The notes: generated from the sequence alone by a model not told the origin. Counted from the stretch's first letter, positions 11,421 to 25,426 are shown. The stretch: 64,000 nt of DNA from Octopus vulgaris (GCA_951406725.2 OX597820.1:47492001-47556000), one strand, 5' to 3'. Program-made: numbers and translations.

Positions 11421-11870
11421 TTCAGCTCAGAGCTGCGGCCATGCTGATGCACCGCCGTTTTGTGCTACACTGTTATTGCGAAGAACCTCGTCTAATATGT
11501 GGCACTTGGTGAAGAATGGAGTTTGATATAGCTACTCTCATTTGCACCTCTTGCCGTGAGGTAGGTTCATCTGGGACTCTCGCGACAGGAAGATGTCCAG
11601 CTTTGATTTAAAAACCGCTACATCTACTTTGTGCAAGTTCCTCAGACTCTTTGGGAGAATATTAAAAAGCTGTGAGCCCTTGAAACCCAGGCTGTTGCTG
11701 TAGCTGTTCCTGAAGCGTGATGGCATTGCTGGGATCTTTGGCACTATGCAGTGTCGTCCCGTTCTAGCATTGGTGTAGCTTACAATGCCAAAATTTGGCA
11801 CAATCCCTTCCTGGATCTTCCAGACATATATTACTGCACACCTTTCCCGTCTTCTCTCAGAGTCTTATAG
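11421..11870 (-). mobile_element. CR1-group LINE 3' fragment
   Basis: RRRER..VIYVWKIQEGIVPNFG...NSLGFKGSQLFNILPKSLRNL..VDVAVFKSKLDIFL; 3' tail GGCGGTGCATCAGCATGGCCGCAG; homologous to 26232-26566. Confidence 0.85.
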
Positions 11871-11992
11871 TAAAAACAAGCAAAAAAATAAACAGCATCA
11901 TAATAATCAATAACAACAACATACCAACAGCAACAACAACAACAATGCCAACAACTGCAGTAACAACGTCATCATCGACAACAACAGTTGAG

Positions 11993-12107
11993 TGGAGGCG
12001 CAATGGCCCAATGATTAGGGCAGCGGACTCGCGGTCTTAAGAACGCGGTTTCGATTCCCAGACCGGGCATTGTGAGTGATTATTGAGCAAAAACACCTAA
12101 GCTCTAC
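11993..12107 (+). mobile_element. SINE family C (tRNA-Arg-like, OR-type) 5' fragment
   Basis: GGAGGCGCAATGGCCCA.TG.TTAGGGCAGCGGACTCGCGG...GGTTTCGATTCCC with Pol III A/B boxes and a TCG anticodon-like triplet. Confidence 0.85.
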
Positions 12108-12369
12108 ATCACCATAACAATAACAACAATTGCAAAGTCAACAGCAACATTAACGTCAACGAGAGCATCATCAAAAAATTCAATAAGACCCACATCAACA
12201 TCAAAAATATCAAAAGCAACAACAACAACAACAACACCATTTCGCCAGTGGCAACATCAATAGTGTCATTAATAACAGGATAACTCACTTTATCAGTGGC
12301 ATCATCAGCAGCATCAACATCAACAGCAAACGAGATTGATTTCAGATTTTCGCGCAAGGCCAGTAGTTT

Positions 12370-12777
12370 CTGTTTTGGTGTCTTCAAGCCATGAAGTCGT
12401 TGTTCTAAAAGAACGCTGGTCTCCTTGACAACGCATTACGACGTTGATTTCCTTAAACTCCCTTCCCCACAGCTTCACGAGGGAGGGAAGAAGGGGGAGA
12501 AGCAAACACAGGTGCAGGTGTTTGAGCGTGGACGCCAACTCCGCCGCCATAGACACACGAAAAATTATGCATTAAAATGGAATAAAAAATGATGTTAAAT
12601 TATTTTTAAAATCGTAGACTCATCGTAGACGCGCGCTAATAGCCAGACGGGCTCGATATTAATCACGACTATAAGATACCCGAATTTGGTTAAACTGCAC
12701 CGCAAAATGTGGGAGGAGTTAGGAATCTAAATCGTAGGAGACAGACACTCACACAACTACAGTTTTATATATATAGA
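12370..12777 (-). mobile_element. Helitron-like non-autonomous element, 5' portion
   Basis: Minus strand begins A|TCTATATATATAAAA, the typical Helitron 5' TC end after an A; no 3' CTAG end seen. Confidence 0.6.
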
Positions 12778-12839
12778 TAACATCATCAGCAGCATCAACA
12801 TCAACAGCATAATGCCAACATCTTTAACAGCAAACAAGA

Positions 12840-13060
12840 TTGATTTCAGATTTTCGCGCAAGGCCAGTAGTTTTTTTGGGGGAGGGGCTAAGTCGATTAC
12901 ATTGACCCCAGATCCCAACTGGTACTTATTTTTTATCGACCCCCGAAAGGATGAAAGACAAAGTCGACCTCGGTGGAATGTGAACTCAGAACGTACAGAC
13001 GGACGAAGTGCTGCTAAGCATTTTGCCTGGCGTGCTAGCGGTTCTGCCATCTCGCCACCT
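12840..13060 (-). mobile_element. SINE-A
   Basis: Full core and head. Confidence 0.85.
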
Positions 13061-13283
13061 TACTTTAACAACAACATCAGCAATAGTAACAGCATGAACA
13101 TCAACAGCTATATAAATAACAGCAACAACAAAAGCAACACTACCAAGAACAATCGAAAATGTCAGGAGGTTGGTAGGTAGGTATGAGGGTAGGTAGTATG
13201 TTTCGGGTGGAAATGTTTGATTAGAAAAGCGTGGGCTGGTGTGAATTAGGTACTTTGTGGAACGGCAGCAACAACAGCAGCAG

Positions 13284-13472
13284 TGGAGGCACAATGGCCC
13301 AGTGGTTATGGCAGCGGACTCGCGGTCGTAAGAACGCGGTTTCGATTCCCAGACCGGGCATTGTGAGTGACTATTGAGCAAAAACACCTAAGTTCCACGA
13401 GCCTCCGGCGGGGGAGGGTGGTGAACCCCGCTGTATCCTTTCACCACAACTTTCTCTCACTCTTTCTTCCTT
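13284..13472 (+). mobile_element. SINE-C, 5' half
   Basis: Matches the reverse complement of 27764-28144 up to CTCTCACTCTTTCTTCCT. Confidence 0.85.
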
Positions 13473-13869
13473 CTTCTGCCACAAAGCAGAGGAACCATGG
13501 TGTAACCCACTATGGTGTGGTAAACTTTCAGACCCTAGTCTAGATTGCAAATCCTCTGTACACAAGGATGGTTCACCCGTTAAAAGCCGCCGTTTACGGA
13601 ATGAGAATAACAACGTAACTTTCGCGCACGTGCAACCGCCAGTCTATCAAGTGTGGCGGGTGGCTCTTCAAGTTGCCACACTCATTCTTAGTAGCTTAGA
13701 GTAGGCTCGAATTAGAGATTATTCTTTGTGGCTAATGACCTGAGTCCTGATTGGAAGACGAAGAGGAAGACAACAGCAGCAATCGAAGCAGCAATCCCAG
13801 CAACAGCAGCAACTAGAAGAAAGAACGATTTCCCTCCTTCTTCCTCACCTTCTTTCACCTCCCTTCAAT

Positions 13870-14672
13870 ACACCATCACCACCATCGTTGTCGTCGTCGT
13901 CGTCATAGTCCTCCTCTTTCTTCTCCCCATCATTATCATCATCATCATCGTCGTCGTCGTGTTTGTCGTCGCCGTCGTCGCCGTCCATCTCGTCGTTATT
14001 GTCTTTATCGTCGTTGTCTTCCGGAAGTATTTGATCAGGAAGTGATTTTTTTTTTGAGCGAAGCGATTCTATGTAATAACGAGACCACAAACACCGCCAT
14101 CGCTAACACCATCTTTCTCAACACCATCATCGTTATTATTACCTTCAGTGTCGGTTACATGATGACGATGACGTCGCTCCTCCCCACCCCAGTAGCAACA
14201 GCAGCAGCAGCACCACGCTCATCATTATCACACCTCTACCGTCACCGTTACTTCCGTTATCCTTGTCTTCTCCCCTACTTCTTTTCCTCTTTCTGTTCAT
14301 CCTTCTCAGCATCAACATCATCATTCTCTGCTTCCAGTTTCTCTTCTTCTTCTTCTTCTTCTTCTTCTTCTTCTTCTTCTTCTTCTTCTTCTTCTTCTTC
14401 TCCTCCTCCTCCTCCTCCTCCTTCTTCTTCTTCTTCTTCTTCTTCTTCTTCTCCTCCTCCTCCTCCTCCTTCTTCTTCATCTTCTTCTTCTTCTTCTTCT
14501 TCTTCTTCTTCTTCTTCTTCTTCTTCTTCTTCTTCTCCTCCTTCTTGCTCTTTTACTGCTTATTTCAGATCTTCCTCTTCATCGTCTTCTTTTTCTTTTA
14601 ATTATCACCATCTTTATCCTCTGCCTCCTCCTCCTCCTCCTCCTCTTCTTCTTCTTCTTCTTCTTCTTCTTC

Positions 14673-14740
<68 letters not shown>

Positions 14741-14860
14741 CATTATCATCATCATCACCATCATCAACGTGATCAGCATCATTATCGTCATCCATCATCA
14801 TCATTATGATCATCATCATCACCATCACTAGCAGTAGCAGCAGCAGCAGCAGCAGCAGCA
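13870..14860. repeat. Trinucleotide repeat block (TCG, TTC, TCC, CAT, CAG)
   Basis: Long pure (TTC)n, (TCC)n and (CAT)n runs at 14340-14830. Confidence 0.92.
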
Positions 14861-14879
14861 CTACCGGTGGCCGCGGGGC

Positions 14880-15420
14880 AGCGGTAGTAACTCCGTCCCA
14901 AAGAGGATCCTCTGCACGATTCCTTTACATCTCATATTTTACCATCTTATAAAAAAAGACATACCGGACTGTAAAATACTCTTAACAGACTTCAAGTTCA
15001 TAGTTGGAACGTCTTTAATCAATAGTCTGGTAGTTCAGAGCTGATCTGTCGTAAACTAATAACAACTTTCCCCTTCATCATTTCTGCTGCCATCACCACA
15101 ACGGGTGCGTTTATGAGGTCATTCAGTCGTCTAGAAATAGCAACCAAATCCCGCCTCATGTCACTCCCTACATTAGTTTAAGGAAAAGATACATTGAATA
15201 GTACCATTAAAAACAGAAGAAGGCCTGGAGAAAATGCCTTTGATCATGGGGTGAATGTCTTTGAGGACACTCAAACCGCGTAGAAGTAGTAACCTAATAA
15301 CCCTCAGGTCAAATTCCCTTCAGGTCACCCCCTATGATAATTGAACGAAAGAACACTCAATGATGTCATCCTTGGTATCATTAAAAACACAGGATCGTAG
15401 TTGACCTGGGGCTAAAAGAA
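14880..15420 (+). mobile_element. Three diverged copies of interspersed repeat family E
   Basis: CTAGAAATAGCAACCAAATC...ACATTGAATA...CCTTTGATCAT...GACCTGGGGCTAAA; also at 20680-20775 (-), 48240-48710 and 62700-62855. Confidence 0.55.
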
Positions 15421-15439
15421 ATTAAGATATAATAACCAA

Positions 15440-15655
15440 GACGATGACGACGACGACGACGACGACGACGACCACGACGACCACGACCACCACCACCACC
15501 ACCACCACCACCACCACCACCACCACCACCACCGCGATTACCACTACGAGTACAAGCTGTACCTCTTACCACTGCAGCTATCATCTCCGACCACTATATC
15601 CCCTGACAGCAACACCTCAACTATCATCACGGTCATCATCATCACCGACATCATT

Positions 15656-15691
<36 letters not shown>

Positions 15692-16375
15692 GCCGCCGCC
15701 GTCGTCGTCGTCGTCGTCATCTTCGTCGTCGTCGTCGTCATCGTCGTCGTCAACATCATCATCATCCTCACCATCCTCATCGTCATCACAATTATTCAAA
15801 ACCCCTCACCACGACACTTCTTCTACCCCTACTTTACTACCCTTAATGCTCTGACACTGCCTATATATTCCAAATAACTACACCAGCACCAGCACCAGCA
15901 CCACCACAACCACCACAACCGCTAGATCAACCAGCACCACCACCAGCACTAGCAGCAGCATATACTAACACACCATACAACCTCGCACCATCATCATCAG
16001 CATCATAAACACCACCAGCAACATCAGCAATACCAACAAGCTTACCAGTACGACTATGAACAGCACTAGCACCAACAGTAGCAGTAGCAGTAGTACTACC
16101 ATCAATATCAACACCAACGCTAATAGCACCACCCTTTCCCCAGACACCGCACCACCACCACCACCACCACTATTGCCACCACTACCATGACGACGACGAC
16201 GATGACGACGACGACGACGACGACGATGACGACGACGACGACGACGACGATGACGACGACGACGACCACCACGAAGACGATGACGACGACCACCAACACG
16301 ACCACCACGACCACCACAACCACCGCCACGACCACCAGAACCACCGCCACCACTACCACCAGCAGCAGCTTCAAT
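15440..16375. repeat. Trinucleotide repeat block (GAC, CAC, CAT, CAG)
   Basis: Visible runs; the poly-T/S/V ORFs are artefacts. Confidence 0.9.
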
Positions 16376-17047
16376 AACTAACAACAGAGGCATTAAGAAA
16401 CGACACAATTATATGGAGGTCATTAATAAGGTTCAATCTAATTCACATTCTCGCTGTGATTGGCAGACATATTGGAATGTCTTTCGCTCTTGTCAGACAT
16501 TTTGGATTTTGCAAATTTGCTGTTGCATCTTTCTTCTACCTCTCTCCTCTCTCTTTCTTTCACTGCATCTCTCATTTACTTCATAAAGTTATATTTGTGT
16601 TTAAGTGTGGGCTTGTATAAATTCTGCGTCTTAAAGCAGCGCGTATGTAATTCTGCACGTGTATATGTAAATGTGAATGTAACATTTATGTATGAGCTTG
16701 TCTTTGTTTATTGTGTATGTGTGTGAAGACGTTTGTTTAGAAACCTTCCGGCATACATTAAAGAAAGAAACAATCTCCATCATTTTCTTTCGTTAACTCG
16801 CTCTGTAATTAAACGTATGCAACGTTGTGTAAATAGGTGAACTGGCAAAGTCATTAAGGTATCGAAAAAACATGGTATGTCTTGTGATATGTGTTCAGAT
16901 TATCTCCACTTTCAGTTCAAATACTGCCAAAAGCCACCTTGATTTTTCATACATTTGATGTTGATAAATCAAGTACCAGGGTTGATTTTCTTCTTATCCC
17001 TCCTCCTATTCTTCTTCTCTTCCTTACTCACACATACACACATACGC

Positions 17048-17246
17048 ATCGCTAGCCTCTGCACGCATTTTATTTCTCTCCTTGTTTCTTTCTGTGTTTC
17101 TTTTCTGTGTATCTTTCTGTTGAAGAGCGTAGGCTCGAAACGTAAAAGACTTGTTTTATTTATATTCCTGAGCGCCATACTAATACAATTGTTTGTTTGT
17201 ATTCCACCTGCCTTCGTCTTTTGTTTATTTTCATAAAGCTTCCCGT

Positions 17247-17247
<1 letters not shown>
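17048..17247 (+). mobile_element. Family P1 TA-embedded repeat with hammerhead-like motif
   Basis: Motif TCTTT-CTGTTGA-A-GAGCGTAGGCTC-GAAA-CG-TA-AAAGA at 17112-17149; (TA)n follows. Confidence 0.75.
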
Positions 17248-17307
<60 letters not shown>

Positions 17308-17313
<6 letters not shown>

Positions 17314-17475
17314 GAAGTGCTGAAAAGTTCTGGCTTTAAGGGTATCGTGAAAAGCCTGGTTGGAGGTCAACCTTCAGAGTTCTTTTACAGGGCTTAGAAA
17401 ACGAAAGACTGCTGCAATCGCAATTAACTGACCCTCCTGTATTTTCATTTACCCAAAGTCAGGAACTTTTCAGTA
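17308..17475 (+). mobile_element. Mariner-derived MITE, degraded
   Basis: TIR-like GTGCTGAAAAGTTC...GGAACTTTTCAG; homologous to 47886-48106. Confidence 0.7.
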
Positions 17476-17778
17476 AGTGTGTTTGTGTTAATTTACGTGG
17501 CATACATACATACAGCAGTTCTACTTCTCTTTCAGGAGGTAGAAAAATGATGAACAGCCTTAGTCAGAGGTGTCTACATCACTTGATCAATCCCAGAGAA
17601 ATATCAATTCCGGCAGCTTCAGAGAAATGGTGCTAGTGTTTAACAGTTTATTTAATATCAGGGGCCTATCAATAGGGTTCTCAGACCTCACAGTGTCAGG
17701 GTATGATATAATATATGTAAGCTTCAGACTTGTAGAGATACAAACATGTAAATGCTATCTATACATGTCTCTGAGTAA

Positions 17779-18590
<812 letters not shown>

Positions 18591-18904
18591 TAAAAAAGAA
18601 GGACCTTAATCAATTTTCGGATCTTATTGAGATCTCGTCAGAATTGCTTAGAGCATTTCACCAATTCCAGAAAAACGGACAGCCACTCTGTTTATATGCA
18701 CAGCAAATCTAGTAGCTTCAGGGAAATGGATCTATTAATATGCATATAGTTAGTGTTTAACACTAAGCGCCTGTTACTCGCAACTGTACGGTTTAGAAAT
18801 ATGTAAATGTAATTGGGTGATTGTTTTAGATACGAGCAGATATACACACCATCTTACTCCTTCACCCACATCCTTGACTTCAATATGTGGCATCTGGAGA
18901 TGTA

Positions 18905-19051
<147 letters not shown>

Positions 19052-19084
19052 GAGAGAGAGAGTGGGAGAGAGAGAGCGTGTGAG

Positions 19085-19230
19085 AGGGTTTACTGGAACT
19101 CATAACTGAAAAAAAATGGCAAAACGCGAAATGAAGTGCCTAGTGCAGGGACACAGCGCGCCACCTTGAATTGAAATCAGAACTTTATGATCGAACCGAA
19201 CACTCAAATCATTTGGTCACACGCCTTCCT
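19085..19230 (-). mobile_element. Degraded tRNA-derived SINE (family D-related)
   Basis: Reverse complement GGAAGGCGTGTGACC...TGTGTCCCTGCACTAGGCACTTCATTTC resembles the 25172 copy. Confidence 0.55.
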
Positions 19231-19619
19231 TTTATCTGCTTTTGTGTCTTTCATTCCCCCCCTCTCTCTCTCTCTCTATCTATCTATATAATCTATATAA
19301 TCACCCATATCAAAAACAAAGATAGATATAACCCATTAGGAAATAAATCAAATATTGGACAAAATACTTTATCTTCTTTGGTTACAGCTCTCTTGTTTAA
19401 TTCCTCAACGTTTTCATCCTTCCGAGATCGATAAAATAAAATACTTCGGAAGTACTGTGTCAATTATTATATCTTACCCTACCTTTTGAGTTCTTGGACC
19501 TATGTAAGAAACCTGTATTATAAAGAGCTATCAAATTACATTTTTTGAGCCCTTCATTTAGATTTGTGGTTTGCATCAAAGTTAGGGAAAGAGGCTTATA
19601 GAATGGAACAGTAAATAGA

Positions 19620-20090
19620 GCGCCTTAGAAAATGTAGTTGTGTCCATTTAAGATCCGACTTCGACTGTTCCTTAGGTCGATGCCGTAAGTATTAGCTGCA
19701 TAAGTTATAACTCTCTACAAAGCTCGAGTGGGATCTGCAATTGCGTAGTTCCCACTTCTAAAATGATGTCCTTGCTGCACACACAGACATCCTAGATTAC
19801 AGCCTAAGAAATGTCACTTGTCTGATAGGTATAAAATTATTCACACAAGCGCTCCAGCCTCTTCTCCACGGATATATTGTCCTCTCTCGCCCTTTTCTGC
19901 TTTTATTACAGTTGCTTCAGCTCTTTGGAGCTGGCTAGTCTCGAACGACTTCTATCAAGCATTTTCAGTTCACTTGTCATCCCCATCGTGTCCAATCTGT
20001 AGGCTACAACACCCAATCCTTCCATTTCAGAAAGTCAGCCATTTTGAATTCTCTCGCCTCGTTGGTTATGGCTTTTTTTAACTGGAATGT
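19620..20090 (+). mobile_element. Decayed CR1/Zenon-like LINE 3' fragment
   Basis: Residual motifs ITLYKARV, ALQPLLH..IVLSL, SSLELASL and NSL, in the order expected after the RT domain; many stops and frameshifts. Confidence 0.6.
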
Positions 20091-20343
20091 TAGCGATGTC
20101 GCCGTCACCGGACTCAGACAGGCTGTGAAAACCATAGGTACTGTCTCTTGTTACAGAACTAATAAATAAATAACTGGTGTTGTCAAGTCATGTGACAATT
20201 ACTACAATCGTTTATGAATAGTGAACCTCTTTGTAATCAAAATGAGAAACTCTAAGAAGAGTGTAGTTGGTTTGAAGCATCCTACATCAACAATTGAGGA
20301 GTTGCTGCTGCTGCTAACTCAAAGATCGGGTAATGCACATTAT

Positions 20344-20469
20344 GTAAATAAACATTTCATTGATTGTATTCTTCTGAAGACGGGCCTTTGCGCCAGAAAT
20401 ATATTGTGAATACACATTTCATTGACTGTATTCTTCTGAAGACAGGCCATTGCGCCTGAAATATAAGGG
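20344..20469 (+). ncRNA. 62-bp tandem duplication, each unit with a hammerhead-like core
   Basis: CTGAAGA at 20374 and 20436, each followed by a GGC/GCC hairpin and GAAATATA. Confidence 0.45.
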
Positions 20470-20877
20470 CTTCAAAAGCTTCAGCGTTGTGACAAGCTTT
20501 CGTTAAAACTCATTTCATTCATTTTTCACCTAAGGAGAAAATATAGCCAAAGATATACAAGATGGTGGAATTGGCAGTTAAAACTGTAATTTTACTGAAT
20601 CTACTGTGTCAGATTCGATAAAGTAAAACATCAATTGTTTGTTGGTGTTGTTGTTGTTGTTGTTGTTGCTGTTATCGTCGTTTAGCCTTCGACTAGCTCT
20701 GATGGAGTAGACTTATGTACAAAGATGTTCCAACCTTGACTAACTCGTCTGTTTTTTTAATGTTTGTTATCCAATGTGAAAGCGGTCGATTGGCAGAGTC
20801 ATTAGAACGTCGCAAAGAAAACACTGATATTTGTTGTCACGCTGAATCCCGTTCACGTTAACTTTACCTTTCATACT

Positions 20878-20936
20878 TCATCATCATCATCATCATCATA
20901 ACCACCACCACTGCCACCACCACCACCACCACCACC

Positions 20937-21012
<76 letters not shown>

Positions 21013-21496
21013 GCAATAACAACACTATCCCCATAATCGTGGTAACCAATACCACTGTCACCACAACAACCAGAACCAGAACCAGAACCAACACTACACC
21101 TCACTTCACTACCACTGTTACTTCCTCTGCCACCATAATCGTCAAAACATCCACGACGACGACGACGACCACCACCACCACCATCACTACCATCACCATC
21201 ACCAGCACCAGCACCATCACCACCATCACCATGACGACCACGACGACCACGACGACCACGACCACAACCACGACCACGACCACCACCACCACCACCATCA
21301 TCATCATCATCGTCAATGTTTCTATTGTTTCCTCATGATCTGGGTTCAAATCTAATCTCGATCTATTTAGCCTTCTTCTACATGAGGGGGTCAATAAAAA
21401 TGAAGCATGAATCTTTCGCCTTTTCTTTTATTTTCTATTCAATCCTTTTTCTCTTTTTCATCCCAGGTTCTTTCTACAACAACAACAACAACAAGA

Positions 21497-21559
<63 letters not shown>

Positions 21560-22000
21560 TGTTATTCTTCATTACATATATCTTAACCATACCAACCATA
21601 ATTAATCAATAGCTTCATTTGAAGCAACCTCTTCGCCCTTGTCATATATATATATATATACTCTCACACCCTACCTACATCCATTCATCCATTCATCTAA
21701 CCATCTATATATGTATACATGCATTCCTACATACATACATACATACATACATACATACATACATACATACATACATACATACATACATACATACATACAT
21801 ACATACATACATACATACATACATACATACGTATATGCATACATACATACGTATGTGCGGGCGTACGTAGGTATACACACACACTAGTAAAATGTGCGCT
21901 TACACGTATAATTCTACGCATTTATATACTCATATGTGCTTGTGTGTATGAGTAAATGTGTGTATGTATGTATAAACATATATATAAATATAAACACACG

Positions 22001-22036
<36 letters not shown>

Positions 22037-22151
22037 CATATGTATATACGTACGTATGTTTGTTTATATATATATATACACATATATATATATATATATA
22101 TATATGTAAATATATATACATATATATATACATGTATATATATATATATAT

Positions 22152-22199
<48 letters not shown>

Positions 22200-22272
22200 A
22201 ATATATGTATATATGTATGTATGTGTGGGTATATATACACATACATCAGTGTGTTTTAGTGTGGATATATGA

Positions 22273-22309
<37 letters not shown>

Positions 22310-22375
22310 TATGCACATAGACACAAACATATATATATATATATATCTATCTATATATATATATGTGTGTGAGTG

Positions 22376-22406
<31 letters not shown>

Positions 22407-22724
22407 ATGCATAGGTGTGTGTGCGTATATATTTGTGTACTTATTACCTCGCACATACACACATATTAATACAAGGTTTTATAGACATCCTAGATGTAGT
22501 TTGAAACAACAGTGATTGCTACGGAGATCGGATAGATAATACAATGTATGTTGACTATAATGACGGTGTGCCTGTCATTTTGTTGTTGTCCTCCAAATAT
22601 GTTCAAATATTATTGTCTGAATTAATGAATTTTTAGAAAAGCTTCTCAAAATTTGACAGGTATATTAACTTACTCTCATCCGACCCACGTAACCTTTTGT
22701 TGCTCTGCAGACGCCATTCAGTTA

Positions 22725-22769
<45 letters not shown>

Positions 22770-22830
22770 TGTGTGAGTGTGTGAGTGTGTCAGTGTGTTT
22801 GAGCGCGTGTGTATTAATATCTATCTATCA

Positions 22831-22908
<78 letters not shown>

Positions 22909-22910
22909 AT

Positions 22911-22957
<47 letters not shown>

Positions 22958-23362
22958 CACGCACACATAAATGTATGTCTTTGTCAATCTAACAACTATA
23001 TATGCATTCTCCCACTGTGTATAAAAATCTATGTATGCATATGTGTGTGCGTATGTGCACGCGTGTATATATATATATTACAAATAAATATATTCACATA
23101 AGTACATGCATGCCACTCGTATACACACACATACATGCATTTATATAATACACATACACACGCACACACACATATCCGATTTCACTTATTTAATATACAT
23201 ACGATATACAAACACATACACATGCACAAACATACAAACATATACACACAGAGAAATGCACGTTCGCACTCACACACACATACACATACACATATATGTT
23301 AAACGAATGTAAAGTATGTAACTTTTGTCAAGCTTTATCATGATGTTGTGTTCATATGAGTC

Positions 23363-23424
<62 letters not shown>

Positions 23425-23428
23425 CATT

Positions 23429-23460
<32 letters not shown>

Positions 23461-23464
23461 CATC

Positions 23465-23496
<32 letters not shown>

Positions 23497-23530
23497 CATT
23501 ATAATAATAATAATAATTATTATTATTATT
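20878..23530. repeat. Dense microsatellite mosaic (CAC, CAA, TAC, TACA, TA, TG, TATC, TAT)
   Basis: Visible runs with short unique spacers. Confidence 0.9.
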
Positions 23531-23532
23531 TA

Positions 23533-24140
23533 AGGCGGCGCGCTGGCAGACTCGTTAGCGCGCTGAACGAAATGTTTAACGGTATTTCGCCCGTCGTTAC
23601 GTTGTGAGTTCAAATTCCACCGATGTCGACTTTGCCTTTCATCCTTTCGGGGTCGATAAATTAAGTACTAGTTACGCACTGAGGTCGATATAATCGACTT
23701 AATCCGTTTGTCTGTCCTTGTTTGTCCTCTCTGTGTTTAGCCCCTTGTGGGTAGTAAAGAAACAAGTATTTCGTCTGCCGTTACGTTCTCAGTTCAAATT
23801 CCACCGAGGTCGACTTTTCCTTTCATCCTTTCTGGATCGATAAATTAAGTACGATGTAATCGACTGGCCCCCACCTCCCCTAAAATTTCGGGCTTTGTGC
23901 CTAGAGTAGAAAAGATTATTATTATTATCAAGGCGACGAGCAGGCAGAATCGTTAACACGCGTCGCGAAATGCTTAGCGACATTTCGTCCGTCATTACGT
24001 TCTGAGTTCAAATTCCACCGAGATCGACATTGTCTTTCATCCTTTCGGTGTCGATAAAATAAGCACCAGTTACTCACTGAGGTCAATGTAATTGACTATC
24101 CCCTTGGATTGCTGGCCTTGTGGCAAAATTTGAAGCCTCT
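23533..24140 (+). mobile_element. SINE-A dimer followed by a monomer
   Basis: Units 23533-23765, 23766-23915 (headless) and 23930-24140. Confidence 0.88.
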
Positions 24141-24562
24141 ATTACGATTGCCTTTTTTATATACTTAATTATTATTTTGAAAAGGCTTCAAAAGATTGAA
24201 TCATAAGATTGAATCATAAAGTTCCGTCAATCTATATACATGAGCCTGGCTAGGCTTGAAAAGGGCGACGTTTTTTATCGTATACATTATATAGAGGTCA
24301 GTATCAAAATATATAAATTTAGCAGAGAAACTGGAGAATCACGAGACCAATAGTTCATAACAATTTCTCGTAAAAATCCTGAAAGTTTGCACAGTAGTGT
24401 CAGAGATGATGTAGAGAAGAATTCAGATTTCCTTTGGCATTGTTTCAAATTGGATAGGTAAGTAGATTTTCCCTGGGATTTACTAGGCAAACCTCGCAAA
24501 TGAGGGAGTGGAGAATGCACATATGTATGTATGCATGTATGTATATGTATGTGTGCGTGCGT

Positions 24563-24618
<56 letters not shown>

Positions 24619-24621
24619 TGT

Positions 24622-24925
24622 GGAGGCAAGGCACGTGGTTTAGTAGTTAGAGAATCGGTTCACGATCGTAAAGTCGAGAGTTCGATCCCTGGCGGCGTGT
24701 TGTGTCCTTCAGCAAGACACGTTGTTTTACGTTACTCCTGTTCACTCAGTTGGCAAAAGTGAGCTGTAACCGTAATTCAAGTTCAAGGGGCGTTCTTCTT
24801 AAGAACTACGTCAAGGCAACGCGTGCCTGTGGAGTGTGTAGTGACTTGCACGTTAATTTCACGTGCATGCTGTTCTCCTGATCAGATCAAGTGGAACCCT
24901 CGTCGTCATAACCGACAGAATGGCA
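24622..24925 (+). mobile_element. tRNA-derived SINE with family D head and family C 3' tail
   Basis: B-box GAGTTCGATCCC; tail GAACTACGT...GTTAATTTCACG...GGAACCCTCGTCGTC.TAACCGAC shared with 27764-27900. Confidence 0.75.
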
Positions 24926-24976
24926 GTGTGCGTGTTTGCGTGTGTGCGTGCGGGAACGTGTGTATACGCGCTCGCG

Positions 24977-25069
<93 letters not shown>

Positions 25070-25171
25070 CACACACATATATCCGAGAGGTGAGTAAAAT
25101 TGGAGAGTTGATTCAAGTGTTTTCAGTAGATCGTGAAATACTCAATTTTACATGAGTTTCAGTAGCGAATA

Positions 25172-25426
25172 GTGGAGGCGCGTGGCTTAGTGGTTAGGGT
25201 GTTGAACTCACGATCGCAAGGTTGTGGTTTCGATTCCTGGACCGGGCATTGCGTTGTGTTCTTGAGCAAAACACTTCATTTTCACGTTGCTCCAGTCCAC
25301 TCAGCTGGCAAAAATGAGTAATCCTGCGACGGACCGGCGTCCCGTCCAGGCGGGGAATTTCTACGCCTCTGAAACCGGGAAACCGGCCTTTATGATCCTA
25401 GCATGGCTCGAGAAGGAACATGTTTT
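25172..25426 (+). mobile_element. Full-length tRNA-derived SINE (family D) with 15-bp TSD
   Basis: A/B boxes TGGCTTAGTGG and GGTTTCGATTCC; TSD TTTCAGTAGCGAATA at 25157-25171 and 25427-25441. Confidence 0.9.

Noticed and set aside
14042-14809. 255-aa Ser/Pro/His-rich ORF and the many similar ORFs ([12 protein letters not shown], poly-I/N/D)
   Set aside because: Translations of di-, tri- and tetranucleotide repeats that lack stops in some frames; no domain content.
17520-17640. Good acceptor TTCTCTTTCAG followed by a short frame
   Set aside because: All frames stop quickly and there is no convincing donor or homology.
24354-24463. Possible + strand exon (FITISRKNPESLHSSVRDDVEKNSDFLWHCFKLD) ending at a strong AG|GTAAGT donor
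   Set aside because: No polypyrimidine tract at the acceptor, no recognisable homology and no partner exons; needs RNA-seq.
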